From: Thermoplasmatota archaeon
GTDB lineage: Archaea; Thermoplasmatota; E2; JACPAO01; JAHFTW01
Direction: 5' to 3'
Length of the DNA: 64,000 nt
NCBI GenBank assembly: GCA_041601615.1
Contig: JBFIHX010000011.1
Location: 1-64,000, forward strand
The notes below the pieces were generated by a model, which was not told the origin of the DNA, searched no databases, and worked only from the letters and a program-made list of their open reading frames with translations. The translations under genes were made by a program, and so were the position numbers. Shown here one piece after another: positions 9,467 through 18,634 of this stretch; within the stretch, counting starts at the first letter, position 1; each line of letters starts with the position of its first letter.

Positions 9467-9636
9467 GCCCCATGTCTCGCCCTCTTGCCCTACTTGAGCC
9501 TCCGTGGCAATCCTTCTGTATGGGTGCACGGAGGCCCGCAACCATCGGCAACGGACGACGCCTTCAAACAACTATGTCGGCGTATCATGCACAGCCAGCC
9601 ACAATGTCTAAGTTGAGAATCAGGCGTTACGTGGGC

Positions 9637-10788
9637 ATGGGTCGGCCGCTTGACGCACTCACGGGGTTCCGGTTCGTCGCCGCCGCACACGTCCTCGTAC
9701 TTCACGAAAGCGTCGACTTCTTGCCCGACGCCGGAAGCTGGCTCAACACCATGCTCCTGCGCACTGCCGCCGTCTCCTTCTTCTTCGTCCTCTCCGGCTT
9801 CGTGCTCGTCCAAGCCTACGGCGCCACCGCCTGGCGAAAAGACAGCCGCCGCTTTGCCATCTCAAGGCTTGCCCGCCTCTACCCCCTCTACGCCCTCGGC
9901 CTACTGCTCTACGCCCCATTCTTTCTCTTCGACAACCTCGTAACCGTCCAAGACGGCGCCGCCATAGCCATCGATGTGGCCCCGGACCTCGGCCGCATCC
10001 TCACCATATTCGCCACCCACGTCTTGTTGCTGCAAGCCTGGATTCCCACCTGGGCCTGCACCTGGAACTGCCCCGGCTGGTCCGTCAGCGCCACCGTCTT
10101 CTTCGCCCTCGTATTCCCCCTCCTCTGCTGGCTCCTACGCGGCCGCACCCCCCGCACACTCTGGACCGTCCTCGCCGCAGGATTCGCCCTCTCGCAACTC
10201 GGCGCCTGGATCTACGTCCACCACACACCCATGGACCTCGTCGCCCGCGAAATCTTTCACAAAAACCCCCTCGTGCGCCTGCCCGAATTCATCATAGGTG
10301 TCGCCGCCGGCTTCCTATGGCTGCAAGGACGCCTGCAAGGACGCACCCTGCGCCACCGCGCCGCCCTCCCCGTGCTCGCCACCGGAATCCTCGCGCTGTT
10401 TCTGGCCCTCCCAGCACCCTGGAGCCCCTACCTGCACAACGGACTCCTAGCCCCGCTGTTTGTCGCCCTCATCGCCGCCAGCATCCTGCGCGGAGGGCGC
10501 CTCGGCGCCACGCTCCACAAGCCCCGATTCCAGGCGCTTGGCAAAGCAAGCTTCGCCTTCTACATCCTACACATCCCAATCGCCCGCACCCTCGCCCTGC
10601 TGTTGTGGGCCGCCACCGGAACCTACCCCCGCTGGAGCCTAACCTTCCTGCTTCTCGACCTCCTCGTGGTCTCCCTGCTTGCCGGCCCCATCTACCGGCG
10701 CGTCGAAGAACCGATGCGCCGCCTCGTTCGCCGCGCCCTTGGGCCGCCCACGCCCCTTAAGAGAACGCCGCAGGTCGCCGAGCCGTGA
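9637..10788 (+). CDS. Acyltransferase family 3 (OafA-like) membrane O-acyltransferase
   Basis: LDALTGFRF, AVSFFFVLSGFVL, RLARLYP, GWSVS and LGKASFAFYILH motifs; multiple TM helices. Confidence 0.88.
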   Translation: MGRPLDALTGFRFVAAAHVLVLHESVDFLPDAGSWLNTMLLRTAAVSFFFVLSGFVLVQAYGATAWRKDSRRFAISRLARLYPLYALGLLLYAPFFLFDNLVTVQDGAAIAIDVAPDLGRILTIFATHVLLLQAWIPTWACTWNCPGWSVSATVFFALVFPLLCWLLRGRTPRTLWTVLAAGFALSQLGAWIYVHHTPMDLVAREIFHKNPLVRLPEFIIGVAAGFLWLQGRLQGRTLRHRAALPVLATGILALFLALPAPWSPYLHNGLLAPLFVALIAASILRGGRLGATLHKPRFQALGKASFAFYILHIPIARTLALLLWAATGTYPRWSLTFLLLDLLVVSLLAGPIYRRVEEPMRRLVRRALGPPTPLKRTPQVAEP

Positions 10789-12524
10789 GCGACGACCTGG
10801 CCTCCATCGCACGCCGCTTCTGTCTGCAAAACGCCCTCCAACACGAAGGCACCTGCCAGCCAAAAGGCCTCGTGGGGCGCGTCATGGGTGGACACCCCGA
10901 GCTGCGCGGCGACCCCGGGGCCGTCGTCAAGGCACTCATGGCCGCAGGCGCCGAAGTCAACGCCATGACGCTCGACGAACAACGCGCCGCCCTCGAAGCC
11001 GACGCACCCGAGCTGCTCGAAATCAAGAAAAAAGAGCGAATCACCGGCCTCAAACCCCTCCCCGGCGCCGACCAAGTCAAGAAAGTCGTCCTGCGCTTCG
11101 CCCCCAACCCCAACGGCCCCCTGAGCCTCGGACACGGACGCGGAGTTGCGGTCATGGCCGAATATGCGCGCATGTACAACGCCGACGTGGTGCTGCGCTT
11201 CGACGACACCGACCCCCAAGTCAAACCGCCACTCTGGAACAACGAGCGCAACTGGAACGGCTACGACATGTGTCTCGCCGACTGGACCTGGCTTGCAGGC
11301 GCCGCGCCCACGCGCATCGTCAAAGCCAGCGACCGCCTCGAAGTGTACTACGAACACGCCCGCGCGCTCATCCAGGCAGGCGGCGCCTACGTCTGTACCT
11401 GCGAAACCGGCGCCTGGCGCGACCAAAAGAACATGGGCCTGCCCTGCGAACATCGCAGCGCCACCCCCGACGCCGTCGCACCCGAATTCGAAAAGATGCT
11501 CGACGGCACCTATGGCCAAGGAGAAGCAGTTCTGCGCGTCAAGACCGACATCCAACACAAGGACCCGGCGCTGCGCGACTGGACCGCCTTCCGCATCGTC
11601 GCCGCCGACGCCATCCACCCACGAGAACGAGCCGGCGAAATCGGCCACTTTGGCTGCTGGCCCCTTCTCGACTTCGAAAGCGCCGTGGAAGACCACCTGC
11701 AAGGCGTCACCCACATCATCCGCGGCAAGGACCTCATGGACTCCACCCGCAAACAGGGCTTCCTGTACCAACACATGGGCTGGGACTACCCCACCACCCT
11801 CTACTGGGGTCGCGTATCGGTCCACGAATTTGGCAAATTCAGCACCAGTTGGATGCGCCGCGAAATCGAAGCCGGCCGCTTCGAAGACTGGAACGACCCG
11901 CGCCTGCCCACCCTCCTTGCCCTGCGCCGACGCGGCTACCGACCCGACGCCATGCGAGCCTTCTGGGTCGGCCTAGGCCTCACCGAAAAGGACATCGCCA
12001 TCAGCATGGAGAACCTGGACGCCGAAGACGGCAAACTCCAGGACCCCGAAGCTCCCCGATACTTCTTCGTCCCCGACCCCGAACAACGCACCATCAGCGG
12101 AATCGACGGCATGGTCGCCCGCCCGCTCCTGCACCCGCCCGAAGAAGCACGCGGCCGACGCGAACTTCCCGCCGACGCCACCGTCTGGATTCCCGGCGAC
12201 GAAGCCGAACACGAACGACTGCGCCTCAAGGACCTCGGAAACGTCCAATGCACCGGCAGCACCGGAGTCTTCACAGGCGAAGAAATGGACCGCAGCCTAC
12301 GCATCGTGCAATGGCTCCCCAGCACCCACGCTGTGCCCTACACCGTGCTATGGCCCGAAACGCTACCCGAAGATGCCCCCGAAGGAGCAACCCCCGGCCT
12401 GCGCCGCATCGAAGGACTCGTGGAACCCGCCGCACTTGCGCACGTGGGCAAAGTAGTCCAATTCGAGCGATTCGGATTCGTGCGGTTGGAATCGGAGACT
12501 GTGGGCATCTGGTTGCACGACTAG
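10785..12524 (+). CDS. gltX: Glutamyl-tRNA synthetase, archaeal type
   Basis: RFAPNPNGPLSLGH (HIGH-equivalent), LRFDDTDP, THIIRGKD and QFERFGFVR (GlnRS-like anticodon domain). Confidence 0.95.
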   Translation: MSDDLASIARRFCLQNALQHEGTCQPKGLVGRVMGGHPELRGDPGAVVKALMAAGAEVNAMTLDEQRAALEADAPELLEIKKKERITGLKPLPGADQVKKVVLRFAPNPNGPLSLGHGRGVAVMAEYARMYNADVVLRFDDTDPQVKPPLWNNERNWNGYDMCLADWTWLAGAAPTRIVKASDRLEVYYEHARALIQAGGAYVCTCETGAWRDQKNMGLPCEHRSATPDAVAPEFEKMLDGTYGQGEAVLRVKTDIQHKDPALRDWTAFRIVAADAIHPRERAGEIGHFGCWPLLDFESAVEDHLQGVTHIIRGKDLMDSTRKQGFLYQHMGWDYPTTLYWGRVSVHEFGKFSTSWMRREIEAGRFEDWNDPRLPTLLALRRRGYRPDAMRAFWVGLGLTEKDIAISMENLDAEDGKLQDPEAPRYFFVPDPEQRTISGIDGMVARPLLHPPEEARGRRELPADATVWIPGDEAEHERLRLKDLGNVQCTGSTGVFTGEEMDRSLRIVQWLPSTHAVPYTVLWPETLPEDAPEGATPGLRRIEGLVEPAALAHVGKVVQFERFGFVRLESETVGIWLHD

Positions 12525-12594
12525 CACCCACAAACGAAGCTCCTGCAAAGCCGGCCGCCCCGCTCGAAATTGCGCCCAATCTACCTAGCGATGA

Positions 12595-12622
12595 GTGAAA
12601 ACCGCACTAGAGGGGTTTTCAC
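12595..12622. promoter_or_regulatory. Inverted repeat GTGAAAACC-N10-GGTTTTCAC over a lipoprotein promoter
   Basis: Perfect 9-bp arms ending about 21 nt upstream of ATG 12644. Confidence 0.4.
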
Positions 12623-12643
12623 CACCGGCCCCTCAATCCAATC

Positions 12644-13894
12644 ATGCGCACGCACCTACTGGTGTTCCTTTCCATGGCCATCGTGGCCCTATCCGGTTGC
12701 TTTGACGGCTCCGATTCCAAACCTGAACCCCTGGACGTTGCACCGGACGTTCCCCTTAGCACCGTCGAAGCCAGCCAAATCAGCATGAGCCTGCGCTGCG
12801 ACACGCCGCCCTGTTTCGAAGCATTCCCGGCCGGGTTTGAACCCAATGACTTGCGCACAATCCAAGGCAAAGCAATCCTGACCGGAGCCACCACGCAAAC
12901 CAACGGCGAAAGCTACCCAACGGTCGCCACATGGGACGATGGATGGCACTTCCAAACCCTAGACGTCGGCGAGCCTTTTCTTCCAGGAGCTAGCCGCATC
13001 AATACACGAGCCGTCAGTCCCTACCTCGATGAGGATGGGCGATCGGCGCTGGTCGCGTGGACCTACGAAAGCGCAGTAATCGGACGCCACACAAATTCCG
13101 GACCCGATGAAGAAGCGCTCATCAAGTACGTGTTTGACCAACAGCGCTGGTCCGGTCCAGAATATCTACTGCAAGTCAACGCAGATGAGTTTCGAATGTT
13201 TACCGACAACCAATGGGGATTAAGGTCGGGCATGTCCTGGACCATGTACAACCCCATTTCAGGCGAAACCAATGGGTTCTTGCTCAACTGTTTGCCCAGA
13301 TCGGACCGAGTGGACGTGCAGCAAAATCCTCGCGTTGCAATTGCATGCAAGCGAGGCGGGCCCGGTGTTATGGAACTTTTTGAGGCAGTCCAAACGCCAA
13401 ACGGCACCGATCTACAGAAAAAATCGCAGAGTCTCAAATGCGATGGAAGTTATGCCGCAGCCGTCCAGGGTTGGTGGGCCGCGGGCTCGGATTGCAGGGA
13501 GCCGGAATACGGAGAGTTCACGCTTTGGTATTCCCACGGGCAAACGCTACTGGAAGTAGCGAACCTGGAATCTCCAGGCCAAGTTATGAGCGTGCACGGC
13601 GTGTTCGTGGACGATTGGGGGCTCGTGCATGTACTGGGTCGCCGCGCCGGAGAAACCCTGTTGAACAGCAACACCGCGTACCACGTTCACAAGGTGTTCC
13701 ATCCGGATGGAACCCTGGTCTTCGACGGAGACGGTTCATTGGAGCCGTATGTTTTAGGAACTGGACTGCAAGACCAGGAGTGGCGCCGCCCCATGTTTGC
13801 GCAGCAAGGGGATACCATCCTCATGACCGGAGAGCAAGCTTCATCGGATTTGCCCCTCTCGTATGTGGCCGTGCACGTCAAGATCTCGGAGTAG
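12644..13894 (+). CDS. Lipoprotein, putative beta-propeller (family B)
   Basis: Lipobox LSGC; CDTPPCFE motif; Trp-rich beta-strand pattern. Confidence 0.75.
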   Translation: MRTHLLVFLSMAIVALSGCFDGSDSKPEPLDVAPDVPLSTVEASQISMSLRCDTPPCFEAFPAGFEPNDLRTIQGKAILTGATTQTNGESYPTVATWDDGWHFQTLDVGEPFLPGASRINTRAVSPYLDEDGRSALVAWTYESAVIGRHTNSGPDEEALIKYVFDQQRWSGPEYLLQVNADEFRMFTDNQWGLRSGMSWTMYNPISGETNGFLLNCLPRSDRVDVQQNPRVAIACKRGGPGVMELFEAVQTPNGTDLQKKSQSLKCDGSYAAAVQGWWAAGSDCREPEYGEFTLWYSHGQTLLEVANLESPGQVMSVHGVFVDDWGLVHVLGRRAGETLLNSNTAYHVHKVFHPDGTLVFDGDGSLEPYVLGTGLQDQEWRRPMFAQQGDTILMTGEQASSDLPLSYVAVHVKISE

Positions 13895-14004
13895 CATCAC
13901 TCCCCGTTGCTGCCTCGCACGCACCGTGGCCGCGACCCAGCGGGGTCGGGTTGCGTATCCTTCATGCAGTTGTCTGATGCTGAACGCGGCCGGTCCAAGC
14001 CGTC

Positions 14005-14955
14005 CTATTCAGGTCCGCCAAACTCCCTTGCCGCCGCCACCCAGCGCCGGGTGGTTCCGGCCTTGATGTCGTTGCCTTGGATGCGCACCTTGCGTCCTGC
14101 TTCGGCGGATTGGATGGCGGCTACGAGGCCGTCGGGGTCCGTGTGGGCCAGTTGCTCGATGCTGGAGATGCCGGCGCGCACGAGCACCTCGGCGCTTTGG
14201 GGTCCGACGCCCTTGAGTTGCATCAGCTCGGCCATGGCTTGCCATTCGCGCACCAATTCTCCGGTCGCATTCACCTGTCGGGCAACGATGGTGGCGTCGG
14301 CGCGGCGCAGTTGCGGGATGGTGATGATGCCGTGGGCGTTGAGTCGTGTGGCGTATTTTTCGCCAATGCCTTCGATGATCAGGACATGCTGGTCTTCTTC
14401 GGCGCGGTCCACGTGAATGAGGGCGCCATTGGTGTTGGTGGCGGCGGGTGTGGCGGCCGGGGCGGCCACGGGGGCAGCAACACTGGCGGCCCGGTCTGTG
14501 TTGGTGGATTGTCCCGGAACAACGGTTTGCACGATTTCACGGCGCAGCAACCAGACGATGCCTGCGGTGGTGATGGCGAGCGTCACGGCTGCGATGCCAA
14601 GTCCGGCCACGGCGCTTTCGAGCGGGAACACTCCAAGTTCCGTGCCGGTCAGGGCAAATCCGGCAGCCAATAGCAATCCGATGAAGAGCACGATGAGCAA
14701 GGTGCGGAACGGACTGGTCGCGGCCAGTTCATCGGCAGCAAGGCGTCGTTGGTGCAGGCCCAACAGGAGTGTTGCCTGTGCAAGCGCCAGAGCGGCCATG
14801 GTGATGCCTAGACCAGTGATTGCGGCCTCGATTGGAAACCATCCGAACTGCTTGCCTGCTGCAATGACCCAGACGGCGACCGCCAGACCCGCTGCAAACA
14901 GCGTGAAGAGGAAGGCAGCGGAGGAGCGAGACACGTCGAGTTCAGATTCCGACAT
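14005..14955 (-). CDS. Membrane protein with DUF4332-like helix-hairpin-helix domain
   Basis: Four TM segments, then IEGIGEKYA..L...GI and LMQLKGVG...AEVL..AGI. Confidence 0.8.
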   Translation of the reverse strand: MSESELDVSRSSAAFLFTLFAAGLAVAVWVIAAGKQFGWFPIEAAITGLGITMAALALAQATLLLGLHQRRLAADELAATSPFRTLLIVLFIGLLLAAGFALTGTELGVFPLESAVAGLGIAAVTLAITTAGIVWLLRREIVQTVVPGQSTNTDRAASVAAPVAAPAATPAATNTNGALIHVDRAEEDQHVLIIEGIGEKYATRLNAHGIITIPQLRRADATIVARQVNATGELVREWQAMAELMQLKGVGPQSAEVLVRAGISSIEQLAHTDPDGLVAAIQSAEAGRKVRIQGNDIKAGTTRRWVAAAREFGGPE

Positions 14956-15060
14956 AGGAATGAATATCGGGGTGGGAATGGAAGAAGGTGCCGGCCTCCG
15001 TCCGGAGGCAGGATGCTCGGCTCTGTTTTGGCCCCAAGGCTTGCTGGCGGGGTAGCAAAT

Positions 15061-15774
15061 TTAGACGTTCAAATCGGAATTGAGTCGCTGTTTTGCTCCC
15101 TGCACCCAGCGCGCCGCGTCGGCCTCCGTCAATTGCTCCACGCCAGGCCAGCGGCGTCGAGTGTCGGCGCTCGCCTGCAGATTGGCCACCACAGCGGCAG
15201 GTTTGGCTCGCGCCAGTTCCGCCACGGTCCGCACACCGCCGCGAACGAGGCCACCGGCCGCTTGCGGGGTCACCCCGCGCACCTGCATGAATCGACCCAT
15301 CGCCTGCCACTCCTCCACCTTGGCTGCGGGGACTCCGACGGCCGCAGAGACTCGGCCCACGTCGGCTGCAAGCAACTGCGGGACGGTGATGATGCCATGG
15401 TTGTTGAGGCGGCTGGCAAAGCGCTCGCCAAGGCCGTCCAAGAGAATGACGTGCTGTCCCTCTTCGCTGCGGCTCAATTGCGCTCGGATCGCCTCATTTT
15501 CGGCGCGAAGCTCTCGAAGTTCGCTCAAGGCCTGGCCCACGCGCACCATCAGCACAGCGGTGACGGCGGCAGTGACGAAGAGGGCGGCGGCGAGGCCAAA
15601 AATCGCCTGCTCCACGCTCAGGATTTCCGGGCCAGTGGCGCCTAGGACCGCGAGGGCGGTGGCGCCGGCAAGCCCCAAAACAAGAATGAAAGTGAGGCGC
15701 AGGAAAGGTGCGCGAAAGTCGGAGGGAGAGGAAGCGGGCATCGTCGTCGACGACAAGGGCCGTTGCTGTGCCAT
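15061..15774 (-). CDS. Membrane protein with DUF4332-like HhH domain (paralog)
   Basis: Two TM segments, a coiled coil, QHVILLDGLGERFA..LNNHGIITVPQL; paralog of 14005-14955. Confidence 0.78.
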   Translation of the reverse strand: MAQQRPLSSTTMPASSPSDFRAPFLRLTFILVLGLAGATALAVLGATGPEILSVEQAIFGLAAALFVTAAVTAVLMVRVGQALSELRELRAENEAIRAQLSRSEEGQHVILLDGLGERFASRLNNHGIITVPQLLAADVGRVSAAVGVPAAKVEEWQAMGRFMQVRGVTPQAAGGLVRGGVRTVAELARAKPAAVVANLQASADTRRRWPGVEQLTEADAARWVQGAKQRLNSDLNV

Positions 15775-15877
15775 ATCCGTTGCGATTCGGTGCGGCAGGG
15801 AGTGAAGTGCCCGTCCCAGCTTTCGCACTGGGTCAGTCAGGCGAAACAGTCTTTGTCTAAAACGGAATCAAAACATT

Positions 15878-17191
15878 GTGCGATCATTTCCGATTGTCCT
15901 TCTGCTCTTGGTAACCTCGGTAGCAGGATGTCTTTCTTCCGGTGACACGGGCCAAGCTGAGCAGAACACATCTGGAACCCACCCGGGCTGGCCAGGGTCC
16001 AGCATGAGCTTTGACTGCAATGGGAAGGACGAGCCATGCCCTGAGCTGATGCAGGCGTTTGGGGCAAGTTCCCTAGAAGCTGCCATGGATGGAACCGAGC
16101 GCGTGGTATTGGCTGGCCGGAGCAAGGTGGTCAATCCCGTTTTCGTCAACTTGGAGACGGTCGTTGCACAAGTCCACTGGACGAACGAGGCGGGCGCATG
16201 GAGCCAGCGCGACTTGCCCCGGGTGCCGTCGGAGCTTGCCGATCGGAGTCAGCGCATGGTGGGTACGGCCGCCATTCTTGGGCCCATGGGGTCCTTGCAT
16301 GCGGTTTGGCTTGGTGAGGTTCGTTCTCCCTTCATGGAGGGTGCCGCTGATTTGATTGGTCGTTATGTGATGGGTTATGCCCATGGGCCGACCACCGGAG
16401 CTGAGTGGGCCGAGGTGGAGCAAATCGGTTCGGGGAATGACCTCTATTTTCCCGCCATCACCTGGCACGACGGCGGACCACTGATTGTTTGGTGGAGTCT
16501 GGATGGACTGCACGTCGTCCAACGACTCGATGGCGAATGGGATCGCACTGTGCTCGACATCATCTGCACCGACCCTGCCTTCATCGCCGGCACCGCCGAC
16601 CCCGTTCTGATTTGCAAGCCCACCCCCGCCAGCAATGAGGCGTCTGCATGGCAGCTTCGCAAGACAGAGGAAGGCTGGAGCGCCGGTAAGCTCCTGCAAC
16701 GGGACTGCGAAGACATCGAGGGCCTCCACGACGGCATCGATACCTGGCTGATTGTCTCAGATTGCGAGGGCGAAGCCCCCCTCTACCGAATCAACGGAAC
16801 TGGAACCGAGAAGGTGATCGAGGACCTATTTGCCTTGGTGCCCGGGATGCATGACAGCCCCTATCCAGGAATCATGGCCGCGACCCGAGACATGGGTGGC
16901 TCGTGGCACGTCGTTTTTCGATCCGCCGAGGTCGCCGTCGTCACCAGTTTAGTCCACGCTCCGATCCATGCCGTTTTCTCGCCTGACTGGGAGCTACAGC
17001 GCACATTCCGTCTCACGGATGACTTGGCCGAAACAACCCAAGACCAGTACAACTTCGCCGTCGATACGCGCTTCCTGCCGGTGGGCAACAAGCTCCTTGG
17101 ATTCGTGACCATTGACTTGGCCCCTCCTCGCACGAACCTCTACGAGGCGACGATCGAGGTTCTCCCCCTGGCCGACGCGCCGAGTGGGTAA
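15878..17191 (+). CDS. Lipoprotein, putative beta-propeller (family B)
   Basis: Lipobox VAGC; CNGKDEPCPE motif; G.LHAVW and GSWHVV strands. Confidence 0.75.
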   Translation: MRSFPIVLLLLVTSVAGCLSSGDTGQAEQNTSGTHPGWPGSSMSFDCNGKDEPCPELMQAFGASSLEAAMDGTERVVLAGRSKVVNPVFVNLETVVAQVHWTNEAGAWSQRDLPRVPSELADRSQRMVGTAAILGPMGSLHAVWLGEVRSPFMEGAADLIGRYVMGYAHGPTTGAEWAEVEQIGSGNDLYFPAITWHDGGPLIVWWSLDGLHVVQRLDGEWDRTVLDIICTDPAFIAGTADPVLICKPTPASNEASAWQLRKTEEGWSAGKLLQRDCEDIEGLHDGIDTWLIVSDCEGEAPLYRINGTGTEKVIEDLFALVPGMHDSPYPGIMAATRDMGGSWHVVFRSAEVAVVTSLVHAPIHAVFSPDWELQRTFRLTDDLAETTQDQYNFAVDTRFLPVGNKLLGFVTIDLAPPRTNLYEATIEVLPLADAPSG

Positions 17192-17236
17192 GAACTCGGT
17201 CAGAATCGTGATGGGTGGATGCCCTGTGGGCCGCGC

Positions 17237-18568
17237 ATGCGAGCAGCAGCTTGGATTGCACTGATTGTGCTCAGCACCGGTTTTTCGGGGTGTTTTGATG
17301 GTGAGGATGCAAAGCCACAGAATTTGGATGGCGACCGTGGCCCGGCGCGGGACTTTTCCGGCGGAACTGCCGCTTTCCGCTGCGCAAGTGCCGATGATCC
17401 CTGCCGCGAAACTGTCCTGGATCAGAGATTGACCTCGGTGCGGCGATCATTGCAGGATCCAGACCGATTGCTCGGCGTCTCCAATATCGGCTTGGTCGAT
17501 GTCACATTCGTTGGATTCTACACGAGGGGCATGAGTTTCTTCCATTCCGAAGACGGCGTCGCATGGCAGGAGCTTCCTGTACCGAGCGTCCCGCTTGCCA
17601 CCGGGGAACTGCAATCGCGCATCTTTGGCGTGGATTTGATGCAAGACCCAACCGGTGCCCTGCACGCTTTGTTCGCCGTCAATGTGGTTCCGGCCTTCAT
17701 CAAGGGGGAGATCGAACTACCGGAGTCCTATGATTTTCTTGCCTATGCCGTTGCTCCCGATGGTCGAAATTGGCAACCTGCCAAGCGATTCCTTGACGGT
17801 TTGTCGCCGGCCGATCCCACGCTGCATTGGGCAGAAGGAGAAGCTTGGGCAAGTTGGAACGGCAACGACGGCCGGCACTTTTCCAGCGTGGAACACATCA
17901 ATTCCGAGGCTCCCCTGGTGAAGGAACGGTGCGTGCGGCCCCGGCCGGTCGAGTACGCGGGACAATTTTTCATTCCCTGTGATCCCGACGACTGGCCTCG
18001 GGATTACAATTTCGTGCGCTTGGCCATCGTCACACCGGACCGTACCGGCTCCTTTGAGGTTGCGAGCGCCATGGTGCACAAGAACGCGGCTCTCGCCGCT
18101 ACCGATGAGGGTGTCTGGGCGGTAGATGGCTTTGAGGCGATTCGCTTCAGTTGGTTCAATGGCACAGCCATGGTGCCGCAGTTCGAGATACCATTCGATG
18201 CCGTGGAATCTTTGAGTGTACCCAATTTCCAGGAGGAGGATTTCGAAGTTCTCGCAGCAAGCCAGGATGATGCTGGGTTGTGGCATGTGTTGGCGGTCGC
18301 TAGGCGGCAGGGTGCCACCGCCGAGGCCCCAAGCCAACTATGGCTCGTTTCCCTGACCATCAATCCTGATGGCACGCTCCAAAACGACCGGGTCATCGCC
18401 GATACGGATGCTACAAGTTTCTTCCATCCAAACTACCCAATCCCTGAGGGTGCGTGGTTGTTCTCCATTGGAATGGAAACGGTTGCCATCGAGCGGTATT
18501 ATGGCCCCCTCCACGGACGAACTGCCAGCTATTGGATTGATACGACGCCCAACCAATCCGAGGCCTAA
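17237..18568 (+). CDS. Lipoprotein, putative beta-propeller (family B)
   Basis: Lipobox FSGC; CASADDPCRE motif; Asp-box-like SEDGVAW and APDGRNW. Confidence 0.75.
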   Translation: MRAAAWIALIVLSTGFSGCFDGEDAKPQNLDGDRGPARDFSGGTAAFRCASADDPCRETVLDQRLTSVRRSLQDPDRLLGVSNIGLVDVTFVGFYTRGMSFFHSEDGVAWQELPVPSVPLATGELQSRIFGVDLMQDPTGALHALFAVNVVPAFIKGEIELPESYDFLAYAVAPDGRNWQPAKRFLDGLSPADPTLHWAEGEAWASWNGNDGRHFSSVEHINSEAPLVKERCVRPRPVEYAGQFFIPCDPDDWPRDYNFVRLAIVTPDRTGSFEVASAMVHKNAALAATDEGVWAVDGFEAIRFSWFNGTAMVPQFEIPFDAVESLSVPNFQEEDFEVLAASQDDAGLWHVLAVARRQGATAEAPSQLWLVSLTINPDGTLQNDRVIADTDATSFFHPNYPIPEGAWLFSIGMETVAIERYYGPLHGRTASYWIDTTPNQSEA

Positions 18569-18634
18569 CGCTCCCGGGGGCTTGCCCGCGCGTCGGAGCC
18601 AATTCCGTCTCGGCGCGCTTCGAAATTGTCCCGT

